Assembly: GCA_963803925.1 (NCBI GenBank)
Contig: CAWDOM010000013.1
Location: 3,065 to 67,064, forward strand
DNA: 64,000 bases
Reading direction: 5' to 3'
Source: an uncultured Actinomycetota bacterium
GTDB taxonomy: Bacteria; Actinomycetota; Thermoleophilia; RBG-16-64-13
Position numbers and translations under genes: made by a program. The notes under the pieces were generated by a model, which was given only the letters and a program-made list of their open reading frames with translations, had not been told where the DNA came from and did no database searches. Positions 1 through 9,557 of the stretch are shown here, one piece after another (the stretch's first letter is position 1; each line of letters starts with the position of its first letter).

Positions 1-973
1 TCTGGAAACAGTTTCTCCAGCCATTGCCCGAGGTAGAGGTATCGCAACCATCTGCCGCGCTTGGGAGTGGAATATAGTCGGCACTTATTGATACGCCGCT
101 AAAATTGCTGCCATTGGCGTGCAGCCGGACATAGTAGGTGGCTGCAGTCGGATTTGCGATTGTACTTGTTTCGTTATTGGTGCCTGAGGTGCGAACACGG
201 TAGTCGTAGGTCCCCGTGGTCGGCGCACTGTTTCGTCTTATATACAAATCGGCACTGGTACCGGTGCCGCCTGAACTTCGGATTGTCAGGCTACTCAGGC
301 CCGCCGGAACATCGATCGTATAGCTCCCGGTCAGATTTCCGTTGGTAATCGACCCGGTAGGATTTGGTGTGCCGGTAATTGCAAGTGACGTCGCGGGCGG
401 AGCCACATATGCCCACGTACTCGGACCGTATTACGCGACCATCGGTCAGTATCTGGTAACGCCAATAATTGGTTGGCTCATTCAGATAGGTAAGCGTGCT
501 ATTTGTGAGGTTTTTCGGCACATAATAGGTTTGAACAGAACTGCTTAAGTTGATGGTTCCACTTGCCATTGAAGCCAAAGTAGAGGCTCGAGTAGGCTGC
601 ATTGTAGGTTACATCTGCTACATAGTTGCCGGTGCCTAAATAATCACTCCAGGGGGTATAGGTAGTGGCGGGATTGTAATAGATGCCGTTGCGCGCATAG
701 GTTTGCTGGCCAATATTCGGAGCATTGGTCGTCGGCGCGGTGTCGCTGGTGGCCTCGGGCGCTGCCATGAAAGTGCTTCGGCATGGAACCCGAGTCATCC
801 AGGATGAACATGATGTTCGGCGGTATCGTCGAGCTCGATTGCAGCGGCGAGTCTGGAATGGATATGCCTGAAATTGCAGGGGATGCGATAAGCACTGCAA
901 TAAAACCAAGGGCGCTGGCACTGAGTGTGCGCCTGGCAAAGGCATAAGGATTGGTTTTTGAACTTGTTTTCAT
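1..973 (-). pseudogene. pilY1: PilY1-like type IV pilus tip/adhesin protein, N-terminal ~320 codons (continues past window start); frame broken at least 3 times
   Basis: The track ORF at 644-973 gives a signal peptide plus PPNIMFILDDSGSM (PilY1/vWA MIDAS-like DxSxS). The reading continues in other frames (499-945, 291-602, then a fourth frame to position 1). The last segment encodes a PPC-like motif, SGGTGTSADLYIRRNSAPTTGTYDY...ATYYVRL. Confidence 0.55.
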
Positions 974-1543
974 GACATTCCCCTAGTTAGGGCTTGGTGA
1001 AATTGGATTGAATGATTACCGTTGCACGGTTCGCTTGTGTACTGCGTGTAGTAATTCGGTAAACCTTGACCATGACTGGCGGATCGCCATCCAGGACGCC
1101 GATGGTCGTTATGGACTTTGGTGTTTGCACCCATGTACTCGATCATGTACTGGGGTACTGCGGTCAGACCATCTTGGTCTACATCTGTGGTGGCCATCGC
1201 CCAAGGACACCCCGCAGTGGGGGATTACAGCGTTTTCCCAACGATTGGCGCCGCACTAGCGACTGGTTGTGGGCACAGGCCGGCCGCACATGCAGCACCG
1301 CAGTGCCGGAAATGTCGGTGTCGGATTCGCTGCAAGAATTGCTTCGGCATCACGCATGGCGGCTTCTGCCGCCTGAAAACTCAGGCTGCGATCAAATTGG
1401 CCGGCGCCCATTTTTTCCTGCATCAATGCTGCCCGCATGCTGGCCAAGCCTAGCAAGGTCATGATCAAAAGCAGAATAAGGATGATGGTGAGTGAGACAC
1501 CACGTTGTCGGCGGACGCCATGCTTCGTTTGGTAGGCCATCAT
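970..1543 (-). pseudogene. pilX: PilX-like minor pilin, frameshifted
   Basis: The N-terminus QRGVSLTIILILLLIMTLLGLASMRAALMQEKM is the PilX_N pattern (ORF 1256-1543). The C-terminal part lies in a different frame (ORF 970-1197). The total span is about 191 codons, as expected for PilX. Confidence 0.55.
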
Positions 1544-2581
1544 AAGTTGCGATTCCGTAAAGTGACGGTGCTGGAAATTTGGCGCTGGATTTGATTGCCA
1601 TCGGTGCCGATATTTTCTTCGCCACGTAAAAACAGGGTGACGCGCACAGCGTTAACTGCGGTCCAATCAGTGACTAAATTCGCCGTCCTGTAGCTTGTCG
1701 CACCTGAAACCAGGTACGTAATAGTCATGTTTTCTACGCCTTTGGCAATTTCCTGATTTTGACTGGTGACGGCACCGGCAGTATTCGACATGGTGCTTTG
1801 AAAAAGTGAACGTCCACCATCCGGGTCGTTACTGGTTCCGATATACCAACGCACGGCACGAAGTTTCGCCAGCGTTGCGTGAGGGTCCGGATTGGTTTCG
1901 CTGACAGCCATAAAATCATAGTCGGCCCCGTACCGCACGCGCCACTGGTCAAGCCCAAATTAGTGTTGCAATTGCCGGGAGTTCCGCCGGCGGCAGTAAG
2001 TGACCGTTGTTGGAACAGTAGTAGGTACGCTATTTAATTGAAAAATGGCAGCCTGCGTGTAATTGCATGCGACCACGATATCGCCATTGGCCAAATCAGT
2101 CGCAACGGTATTATTCAAGGTAAACGAATCAGAGGCTGCATTATGGGTATTCACGCTGTAGCCGCTGTTACTTGCCGACATCAGCAAGATGGCATCTGTA
2201 CCCGTGAGCCGGGCACCTGCAGCGGTGCCAAAGGCCGCATCGGGAAATGGAGTGGTACTAGAAAAACCCTGGACACCGCCATTGCGGTCCAGGCGGTCCA
2301 CCACGTTGTTGTACCCGAATTGATCACATTGGCAACTAAAGTGCGTTTGCACAAGGAGACGCGGCTGCCTCGCGAATATCGCGGGATAATAATTCAAACG
2401 ATGTCCGCATATTTTCCTGAATCCGCCCGACATTCTCCGATGCTACGGAGGTTTGACGATTCGAAAGAAAAATCGCGATGGCACTACCCACGACCAATAA
2501 ACCGATAAGAATCGAAACCATCAACTCGATTAAGCTCATGCCGCGTGTGGCGGCAGTAAACGCTGAAGCGCGATATTTCAT
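1540..2581 (-). pseudogene. pilW: PilW-like minor pilin, disrupted (frame switch ~2400; in-frame TAA at 1960-1962 or paired indels)
   Basis: The prepilin N-terminus is TRGMSLIELMVSILIGLLVV (ORF 2336-2581). The middle part is ORF 1960-2433 and the C-terminal part is ORF 1540-1938. Operon order matches fimU-pilVWXY1. Confidence 0.6.
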
Positions 2582-3034
2582 ATTCTGCTCCGGGTAATGG
2601 TTGTTTGTGCAGAAGACCCGCCACTACCGCGACTATCGTCCCATTCGACAGTAATCGTGCACACATTCGATGCACAAGTGATTGTACCGCAGGCAGCGAC
2701 ACCAATCGTTCCCTGAAGATTGGCCATCCAGGCATTCAAATCGTTTTCGTGCCAGAGTCGTGCCGACAGCAGGCACCGTGCACGTACGTGTCATGTTGTA
2801 GTCATTAGCTCTGGCGGCAATCAGATTGGCACGCATGGAATCCAGAATGCTGTAGGTATGCATGACCGCCTGGCTGCGCTCCATCGAACTTTGACCGTTA
2901 CGAAGCGTAATAGCCTGCATTGAGGCAATCCCCAGCAAACCGATACCCAATATCAACACCGAAATAAGCACTTCAATCAAACTGGTCCCGGTTTGATGTG
3001 CCTGTCGTGCAGCTCGCATTTTCGATTTTTTCAT
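2578..3034 (-). pseudogene. pilV: PilV-like minor pilin, single frameshift near 2755
   Basis: The N-terminus is QTGTSLIEVLISVLILGIGLLG (type IV pilin methylation motif). The track ORF ends in Cys/Arg-rich junk. Hand translation of the alternate frame gives WHENDLNAWMANLQGTIGVAACGTITCASNVCTITVEWDD, ending in a TGA that overlaps the pilW ATG. Confidence 0.65.
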
Positions 3035-3076
3035 GGCTAATTCTTCAAAGACAAATATGGAAATGCAGATACCGTT

Positions 3077-3683
3077 TTAATTTGATGGCGCAGTACAGCT
3101 CGCAGTGGCATTACGTCTGTCAATGCGCAAACTTCCGCCACCCGTGGTAAATGTAACGTCACGTGCGTTTTGCGGAGGCGTAGTCGTGGCAACACAAAGC
3201 GAGACCTTGCCGAGCAGCAAATTGCCCCCGGTGGTTCTTGCCATCCCGTCTGGCCTGAAAACAACGGCCGCATCCACATTGCTGCTCGCGGTTGCCGTTA
3301 CACCGCTCAAAGGATTAACGGAGAGCAAAGTATCGCCATCAGAAGTTGCAAAAGTGTTGTTTCGGTTCGCGTCAACGAAAACTAGCCAGCCACTCCAGCT
3401 AGTCCCTGCGCTGCAAGTCGGCGTCGCCGCGGCGGCATTGGCACTTCCGCACACGACAACTCTTGCGCCGCGCCGGATTGATTCAAGTCGTGCAAGCTGA
3501 AAATTGGCCAGTAATTCATTCGCCTGACTTGTGACGCGATTACTGTTCAAGAATGAAGTGAACGGACGGAACAGCCAAGGCAAGTAAAATCGCTGCGATG
3601 GCGATAGTGATCATCAATTCGACCATCGAAAAACCACGTTCTGCCAAGGGCTTGCTGTACGGCGCAGCCAATTTTCGTTGCAT
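3077..3683 (-). pseudogene. fimU: GspH/FimT-FimU family minor pilin, one extra base near 3570
   Basis: Hand translation from ATG 3683 gives MQRKLAAPYSKPLAERGFSMVELMITIAIAAILLALAVPS, then a stop. The +1 frame continues FTSFLNSNRVTSQANELLANFQLARLESIRRG (ORF 3077-3583). It sits immediately upstream of pilV. Confidence 0.6.
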
Positions 3684-3872
3684 ATGAGCCCCCAAAGCCT
3701 CTCTTTAATATGAAGGGAGTGTATTTTGACTTCTGTGGAATCGCCAGCTAAGACCGACTAACGGGGCAAAAAAAGGCCTTAGTGGTCACTAAAGTATCCC
3801 GTGACGAGGCCGCTCTGGATTCCAAAGGGCAAAAACGGGCAAGATGTCACACCACATCGAGTTATAAACCGA

Positions 3873-4892
3873 ATGTCCCGCAGCAGCTTACCTGATCAAC
3901 CGATTGATATCCTATGGCGAACCGTCACACTGGTTTCGATGGTGCTGGCCGGCGAAGGCCTGGCCCTGGTCATGTCATTGACGCCGGGTTTCAGTACCGA
4001 CCGATGGGTATATTTCGGGCTCAGCTCGCTACTCATACAATGGATATTGCTACTTACGCTCGGCAGCCTTCATCTGATAAAGGATCGCATTGCCAAATAT
4101 TCGGTGAGTACACTTTCCTGGATCGGCCTGGCACTTTTGGTATTAAGCACCTGGTTGGTTTGCGGCACATGCTGGTACGTATACCAACGGGTTTCACATT
4201 TGAGTTATGCCAGCGGTTTTTACTTCCTGTTTCAATGCACTGCCATTGCCATCACTATCGGCGTGCTGGGCTTGATCGCGCTGCAGCACCACTGGCGTAC
4301 GCATCAATTGGCACTCGCCAATAAACAGGCAGAACTTGATGCACTCCAGGCCAGGATTCAACCGCATTTCCTGTTCAACACTCTCAACACTTGCGCTGCA
4401 CTTGTTCACCAGAATCCCGAACAAGCCGAAGATCTTTTACTGGATTTGAGTGAGTTATTTCGCGCTGCCTTGTCGGAATCCAAATTGATCAGTCTAGATG
4501 ACGAGCTTACACTTGCTCGTCGTTACCTAGAGATTGAAGCACTTCGATTCGGAGATCGCATAAAAATAACCTGGCAATTACCGGACACGATTCCTGCCGT
4601 CGTATTGCCTGCTCTTTCAATACAACCGCTGGTGGAAAATGCTGTCCGGCATGGCATTGAACCAGCCGAGAATGGCGGCGACATTGAAATCCATGTGCGA
4701 GAAGAAAACAATGCTCTATTGATTATCGTCAGCAATTCGCTTCCAAAGACGACGAGCAATATCAGAAAGGGGCATCATATTGGCCTGGCCAGCACTCGTG
4801 AACGCATCGAGAACTATAGCGACGGCAAGGGTCAGGTCTCGACTGCAATAAAAAATGGCCGCTTTGAAGCGACCATTTCATTGCCTTCCTAG
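3873..4892 (+). CDS. algZ: LytS/AlgZ(FimS)-type sensor histidine kinase (His_kinase + HATPase_c_5), intact, with no adjacent LytTR response regulator
   Basis: Four or more TM helices are followed by ARIQPHFLFNTLNTCAALV (H-box) and QPLVENAVRHGI (N-box). ATG 3873 is preferred over the tracked GTG 3801. It is divergent from the pilin operon. Confidence 0.75.
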   Translation: MSRSSLPDQPIDILWRTVTLVSMVLAGEGLALVMSLTPGFSTDRWVYFGLSSLLIQWILLLTLGSLHLIKDRIAKYSVSTLSWIGLALLVLSTWLVCGTCWYVYQRVSHLSYASGFYFLFQCTAIAITIGVLGLIALQHHWRTHQLALANKQAELDALQARIQPHFLFNTLNTCAALVHQNPEQAEDLLLDLSELFRAALSESKLISLDDELTLARRYLEIEALRFGDRIKITWQLPDTIPAVVLPALSIQPLVENAVRHGIEPAENGGDIEIHVREENNALLIIVSNSLPKTTSNIRKGHHIGLASTRERIENYSDGKGQVSTAIKNGRFEATISLPS

Positions 4893-4899
4893 CTTTTGG

Positions 4900-5710
4900 C
4901 TAGACACTTACAACCCGATAGCACGGTTTGTATTCACCGCTCATCTTCATTCGCCGCTGGGCAACGAATGCCTGCAACAAGCCGTCGAGTGCTTTCATGA
5001 TGTCAAGATCGCCATCAATCTGGAATGGTCCGTGCTGCTCGATATTTCGCATGCCGTCTTCCTTTACATTGCCGGCAACGATTCCGGAAAATGCACGCCG
5101 CAAATCAGCCGCCAGCAAATGCACGGGTTGTTCGTGATGCAGATTCAGGCCAGCCATTGCCGCATGATCCGGCACAAAGGGCTGCTGGAATTCAAACGGA
5201 ATGTGCAATGACCAGTTGAAGAAGAAAGCATCTTTTTCCGCGATACGCTGCTCGCGCACTTTCTTCATGCCCAGAGCCATTTGTCTTGCGACCTCGGATG
5301 GATTATCGACAATTATCTTGTAACGCGAGGTGGCTACTTCGCCCAGGCTCAAGCGCAGAAATTGATCGATCTGCTCGAAATATGCCGCCGATGATTTGGG
5401 TCCGGTAAAGATGAGCGGGAACTGCATATCCACATTGTCCGGATGCAACAGAATACCGAGCAGATAGAGAATCTCTTCCGCCGTGCCGACACCGCCGGGA
5501 AACACGATGATGCCGTGGCCGACACGGACAAACGCTTCAAGACGTTTTTCGATATCGGGCATGATCACGAGATGGTTCACGATCGGGTTCGGTGACTCGG
5601 CCGCAATAATTCCCGGCTCGGTTATACCGATGTAGCGATTATTGGTTCTGCGCTGTTTTGCATGTGCAATGGTGGCGCCTTTCATAGGACCTTTCATCGC
5701 ACCCGGTGGC
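4900..5710 (-). CDS. ppnN: PpnN/YgdH-type LOG-family nucleotide 5'-monophosphate nucleosidase, C-terminal ~270 aa only (5' end cut at the junction)
   Basis: Motifs present: [67 protein letters not shown] and PCYRVV. The full-length family is ~450 aa. The first ~18 tracked codons are read-through into high-GC DNA. Confidence 0.75.
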
Positions 5711-5735
5711 ATCGGCGAACTGTGCCGGCACGGCT
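5700..5735. other. Composition and synteny breakpoint (contig join or chimera)
   Basis: ppnN homology (minus strand) stops at ~5709 and fabD homology (plus strand) starts at ~5711. Both genes are truncated. GC jumps from the high 40s to the mid or high 60s percent (by eye). Confidence 0.7.
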
Positions 5736-6517
5736 CGATGGAGCAACTGACGCGCACCGATCGCACTCAGCTCACGATCCTCACCTGCAGCGTGGCGGCT
5801 TGGAGGGTGCTCGAGCAGAACGGCGCCACGTTCACTGTGGCCGCCGGCCACTCGCTCGGCGAATACTCCGCTCTCGTGGCGAGTGGGCGCATGACCTTTG
5901 CCGACGCACTCCGCGTGGTCGACGTGCGCGGCCGGGGCATGCAGGCCTGCGGTGAGGAGAAGGGCGGCACCATGGCGGCGATCATCGGCCTGGACGATTC
6001 GGCGGTCGAGGAGATCTGCTTGTCGCTCTCCGAGGTCTGGGTCGCCAACTACAACTCGCCAGGCCAAATAGTGATCTCCGGCTCGGTGGAGTCAGTCGGC
6101 GCAGCCGGCGACCTCGCCAAAGAGGCCGGCGCCGCCCGTGTTCTGCCGCTGCCGGTTTCCGGAGCCTTTCACACCCCCTTCATCGAAGGCGCGGCGGTGG
6201 CCCTTCAGAAGGCGCTGGCCGACGTGACCTTCTCGCCCGGAACCGGCAAGTTCCTGTCGACGACCGAGGTGCGTTACCCCGAGCCCGGCGAGATGGCGAA
6301 AGTGCTTGCCGATCAGCTCATGTCGCCCGTTAGGTTCGCGCAGAGCATGCAGAAGATCATCGGCTCTCCCCAAGCCCCGCTGTCGGGCTTCGAGGTGGGG
6401 CCCGGCAACGTGCTGAGCGGGCTGATGAAGCGTATCGACCGTGAGTTCCCGATGGTCTCCAGCGGCGACGCAACCACTCTGCGGGCGGCGCTCGACCTGA
6501 TCGGAGGCGCGCGATGA
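5711..6517 (+). CDS. fabD: Malonyl-CoA:ACP transacylase, lacking ~50 N-terminal residues
   Basis: [14 protein letters not shown] (active-site Ser), [10 protein letters not shown] and VSGAFHTP are present. The N-terminal GQGSQ region is missing. The stop overlaps the fabG ATG (ATGA). Confidence 0.85.
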   Translation: MGELCRHGSMEQLTRTDRTQLTILTCSVAAWRVLEQNGATFTVAAGHSLGEYSALVASGRMTFADALRVVDVRGRGMQACGEEKGGTMAAIIGLDDSAVEEICLSLSEVWVANYNSPGQIVISGSVESVGAAGDLAKEAGAARVLPLPVSGAFHTPFIEGAAVALQKALADVTFSPGTGKFLSTTEVRYPEPGEMAKVLADQLMSPVRFAQSMQKIIGSPQAPLSGFEVGPGNVLSGLMKRIDREFPMVSSGDATTLRAALDLIGGAR

Positions 6518-7269
6518 GCGGCGCGCCCGCGGCGTTCGAGGGACAGGTCGCCCTCATCACTGGAGGCGCCAGGGGTATCGGGCGGGCCATCGCAACCAGG
6601 CTGGCGAGCGATGGGGCGAAGGTCGCCATCGTCGACATGGCGGAGACCGGGGCCGAGACGGCGCGCGAGATCGAGCACGCGAGCGGACGCCAGGCGGCCT
6701 TCGTCAAGGCGAACATCTCCGACGAAGCCGACGTGAAGAGGGCTGTCGCCGAAGTCGAAGCTGTTCTTGGCCCGATCGACATCCTCGTCAACAACGCGGG
6801 CATCACCCGCGACAACTTGATGCTTGTCATGAGCGAGGCCGACTGGGACGCGGTGCTCACCGTGAACTTGAAGGGAGCCTTTCTTGTGAGCAAGGCGGTG
6901 CTCCGCGGCATGATCAGGCGGCGCCGGGGCTCCATCGTCAGCATCTCTAGCGTTGTCGGCCGGCGGGGCAACGCTGGGCAGGCCAACTACTCGGCCGCCA
7001 AGGCCGGTCTCATAGGGCTCACAAAGTCCCTCGCACGCGAAGTGGCCTCGCGTAACATCAGGGTCAACGCGGTGGCTCCGGGATACATCGAGACCGACAT
7101 GACTGCTGCACTCGGCGAGCAGGCGCGCAAGGCCTTGGTCGACGCGATCCCGCTGGGACGTATCGGGAGCCCCGACACAGTGGCCGACGCGGTTGCGTTC
7201 TTGGCTGGGGATTCTGCTTCATTCATAACCGGAGTGGTACTTCCGGTCGATGGTGGTCTTGGTATATAG
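6514..7269 (+). CDS. fabG: 3-oxoacyl-ACP reductase (SDR)
   Basis: TGGARGIGRAIA, NNAG and the YSAAKAG catalytic motif are present, in a fab operon context. Confidence 0.85.
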   Translation: MSGAPAAFEGQVALITGGARGIGRAIATRLASDGAKVAIVDMAETGAETAREIEHASGRQAAFVKANISDEADVKRAVAEVEAVLGPIDILVNNAGITRDNLMLVMSEADWDAVLTVNLKGAFLVSKAVLRGMIRRRRGSIVSISSVVGRRGNAGQANYSAAKAGLIGLTKSLAREVASRNIRVNAVAPGYIETDMTAALGEQARKALVDAIPLGRIGSPDTVADAVAFLAGDSASFITGVVLPVDGGLGI

Positions 7270-7429
7270 GAGGCTGCAGAACAATGAAACCACGGCTCTC
7301 AGGACACGCTGGCCGGCACGACCGCGCGTCCTCGGTCGCGCAACTAGCGCTGCTGTCAGCGCTTTCTGCGTCCTTCTCTCTCGCGCGGCGATCGTGCCCG
7401 GAGCGCGAGGCGTCATTTTCCGCAGCCTC
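7270..7429 (+). repeat. 160-nt intercistronic element A, bounded by terminal inverted repeats (MITE-like or structured RNA)
   Basis: The left end is GAGGCTGCAGAACAATGA. The reverse complement of the right end is GAGGCTGCGGAAAATGA. The element starts right after the fabG TAG and is followed by TAG. It is homologous to element B at 28321-28480. Confidence 0.55.
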
Positions 7430-7441
7430 TAGCAGAAGGAG

Positions 7442-8716
7442 ATGTCGGTAGCTATGAGCGGTGCACCGAGGACAATCGAGCTGAAACGGGTGGTGGTCAC
7501 CGGTATCGGCGTCGTTTCGCCCATCGGTATCGGCAAGGAGGCCTTTCTCGAGGCGCTTCTCGCGGGCAAGTCGGGCGTCAGGAAAGTGGGACGTTTCGAC
7601 ACGACGGACTATCCGGTCAAGATCGCGGCCGATGTCAAGGATTTCGATCCGTTGACCTATATCGACAAGAAGTGGAGCAAGCGGATGGACCGCTACGCGC
7701 AGTATGGCGCGGGCGCCGCCCGGATTGCGCTCGAGGATTCGGGCTATCCGGTCGAAGAAGACCCGTTCGCCGTCGGGGCGCTCATCGGCTCGGGGGTCGG
7801 CGGCCTCGACACGTTCTATGAGCAGATCACTGTGCTTTTGGAAAAAGGCCCGGCGCGGGTGAGCCCGTTCTTCATACCCATGATGATTCCAAACATGGCT
7901 TCGGCCTGCGCTTCGATCATCTTGGGGCTGCAGGGGCCAGTCAGCGCGACGTGCACCGCCTGCGCCGCCGGCACAAATGCGCTGGGCGACGCTTTCAACA
8001 TCGTGCGCAGGGGTGAGGCGACGGCCATGCTGGCGGGCGGCGCCGAGGCGGCCGCCAACCAGGTGGGGCTGTCTGCCTTCGCGGCGCTGCGGGCGCTCTC
8101 CTCGCGCAACGACGACCCCGAGCGGGCAAGCCGGCCGTTCGACGCCGGCCGCGACGGGTTCGTCATCGGTGAGGGCGGGGGAGTGCTCGTCCTCGAGGAA
8201 CTGGAGCATGCTCTGGCCCGCGGGGCCCACATATACGCCGAGTTCGTAGGTTACGGCATGACCGGCGACGCCTCACATCTCACCGAGCCGGTCGAGACGG
8301 GCGAGCCCGCCGGGCTGGCCATCACCAAAGCGCTCCGCGATGCGCGCCTCGAGCCCACCGACGTCGACTACATCAACGCCCACGGCACGTCGACCCCACT
8401 CGGCGACGCCATGGAGACCAACGCGATCAAGCGCGCGCTTGGCGACCACGCCTACAAAGTGATGATAAGCTCCAACAAGAGCATGTTCGGGCACTGCCTG
8501 GGCGCCGCGGGGGCGCTCGAAGCGGCGGCTACGATCCTGTGCATGCAGGTGGGAATGGTGGCTCCTACTATCAATCAGGAGGAGCGTGATCCGGCATGCG
8601 ATCTGGACTATGTGCCGAATGTGGCCCGGAAGGCGGAAGTCAATGTCGCTGTGTCCAACAGCTTCGGGTTCGGTGGGCACAACGCCTCTATAGCATTGCG
8701 CAGGTGGCATGGCTAA
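7442..8716 (+). CDS. fabF: Beta-ketoacyl-ACP synthase II
   Basis: Active-site ATCTACAAG (Cys), HGTSTP and NSFGFGGHN are present. An AAGGAG Shine-Dalgarno (SD) sequence lies upstream. Confidence 0.9.
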   Translation: MSVAMSGAPRTIELKRVVVTGIGVVSPIGIGKEAFLEALLAGKSGVRKVGRFDTTDYPVKIAADVKDFDPLTYIDKKWSKRMDRYAQYGAGAARIALEDSGYPVEEDPFAVGALIGSGVGGLDTFYEQITVLLEKGPARVSPFFIPMMIPNMASACASIILGLQGPVSATCTACAAGTNALGDAFNIVRRGEATAMLAGGAEAAANQVGLSAFAALRALSSRNDDPERASRPFDAGRDGFVIGEGGGVLVLEELEHALARGAHIYAEFVGYGMTGDASHLTEPVETGEPAGLAITKALRDARLEPTDVDYINAHGTSTPLGDAMETNAIKRALGDHAYKVMISSNKSMFGHCLGAAGALEAAATILCMQVGMVAPTINQEERDPACDLDYVPNVARKAEVNVAVSNSFGFGGHNASIALRRWHG

Positions 8717-9557
8717 GTACGTAACAATCCAAGTAGCGCGCAAAGAGCCGCCGCCCGAGCCGCCGGCGGCCGGCGAGCGTTGTAAGAACTGCAATACCGC
8801 CTTGCAGGAGGGCGAACTCGAGAGGCACCTGCGCGTCTGCCCGCACTGCTCGTTCCACTATCCGATGCCCTCGCATGAGCGGGTGGCGCTACTTGCCGAC
8901 AAGGGCACCGTCAGCTTTGTCGGCGAGGACGTGCGCGCCGTCGATCCCCTCGAGTTCATCGATCTACGGCCCTACCCCGATCGGTTGGCCGAGGCTCAGC
9001 GGGGCACCGGTCTTAGCGAGTCGTTTCTCGCCGCCACCTGCAAGATCTCGGGCAATCCCGCTGCTATCGGCGTGCTCGACTTCAAGTTCCTCGGGGGCTC
9101 GATGGGTTCCGTGGTCGGTGAGCGGTTCTATAGGCTCTCCCGGGCGGCCCTCGAGGCGAATGCACCGCTCATCGTAGTGGCCGGCTCGGGTGGCGCGCGC
9201 ATGCAAGAAGGCCTGTTCTCGCTCATGCAGATGGCCAAGACAGTGGTCTCGGTGCAGGCGCTCAGCAAGGCCGGCCTGCCGTACATCACTATCCTCACTC
9301 ATCCCACGACGGGGGGCGTCTTCGCGAGTTTCGCGACTGTCGCCGACGTGATCCTGGCGGAACCCGGAGCGGTCATGAGTTTCGCGGGAGCCCGCATCAT
9401 CGAGCAGACCACCCGCGAGAAGCTGCCTCCGGGCTTCGGCTCGTCGGAGTCGCAACTGGCCCACGGCCAGGTCGACATGGTGGTCGACCGGAGAGAGATG
9501 AAGGAGCGCTTGATTCGAGTGCTCTCGTTCCTCATGGGAGGTGGGAGCATTGGCTGA
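8709..9557 (+). CDS. accD: Acetyl-CoA carboxylase carboxyltransferase beta subunit
   Basis: N-terminal Zn ribbon CKNCNT...CPHCSFH, then the GGSMG carboxyltransferase motif. Confidence 0.9.
   Translation: MAKYVTIQVARKEPPPEPPAAGERCKNCNTALQEGELERHLRVCPHCSFHYPMPSHERVALLADKGTVSFVGEDVRAVDPLEFIDLRPYPDRLAEAQRGTGLSESFLAATCKISGNPAAIGVLDFKFLGGSMGSVVGERFYRLSRAALEANAPLIVVAGSGGARMQEGLFSLMQMAKTVVSVQALSKAGLPYITILTHPTTGGVFASFATVADVILAEPGAVMSFAGARIIEQTTREKLPPGFGSSESQLAHGQVDMVVDRREMKERLIRVLSFLMGGGSIG

Noticed and set aside
3684-3872. AlgR-box-like CCGTGACGA and a sigma54-like TGGAAT...GCT in the fimU/algZ divergent region
   Set aside because: Both deviate from the consensus as I remember it (AlgR CCGTTCGTC; sigma54 GG-N10-GC spacing is not met).
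7284-7451. 55-codon ORFs inside both inverted-repeat elements (7284-7451 and 28335-28502), each behind AGGAGG-N10-ATG and ending 7 nt into the downstream gene
   Set aside because: The products (MKPRLSGHAGRHDRASS... and MTIRRQNVIGMLKTRTQ...) are low-complexity and share only ~15/55 residues, mostly those encoded by the terminal repeats. Similarity therefore appears to be at DNA/RNA level. I kept this as an alternative hypothesis in the findings rather than calling CDSs.
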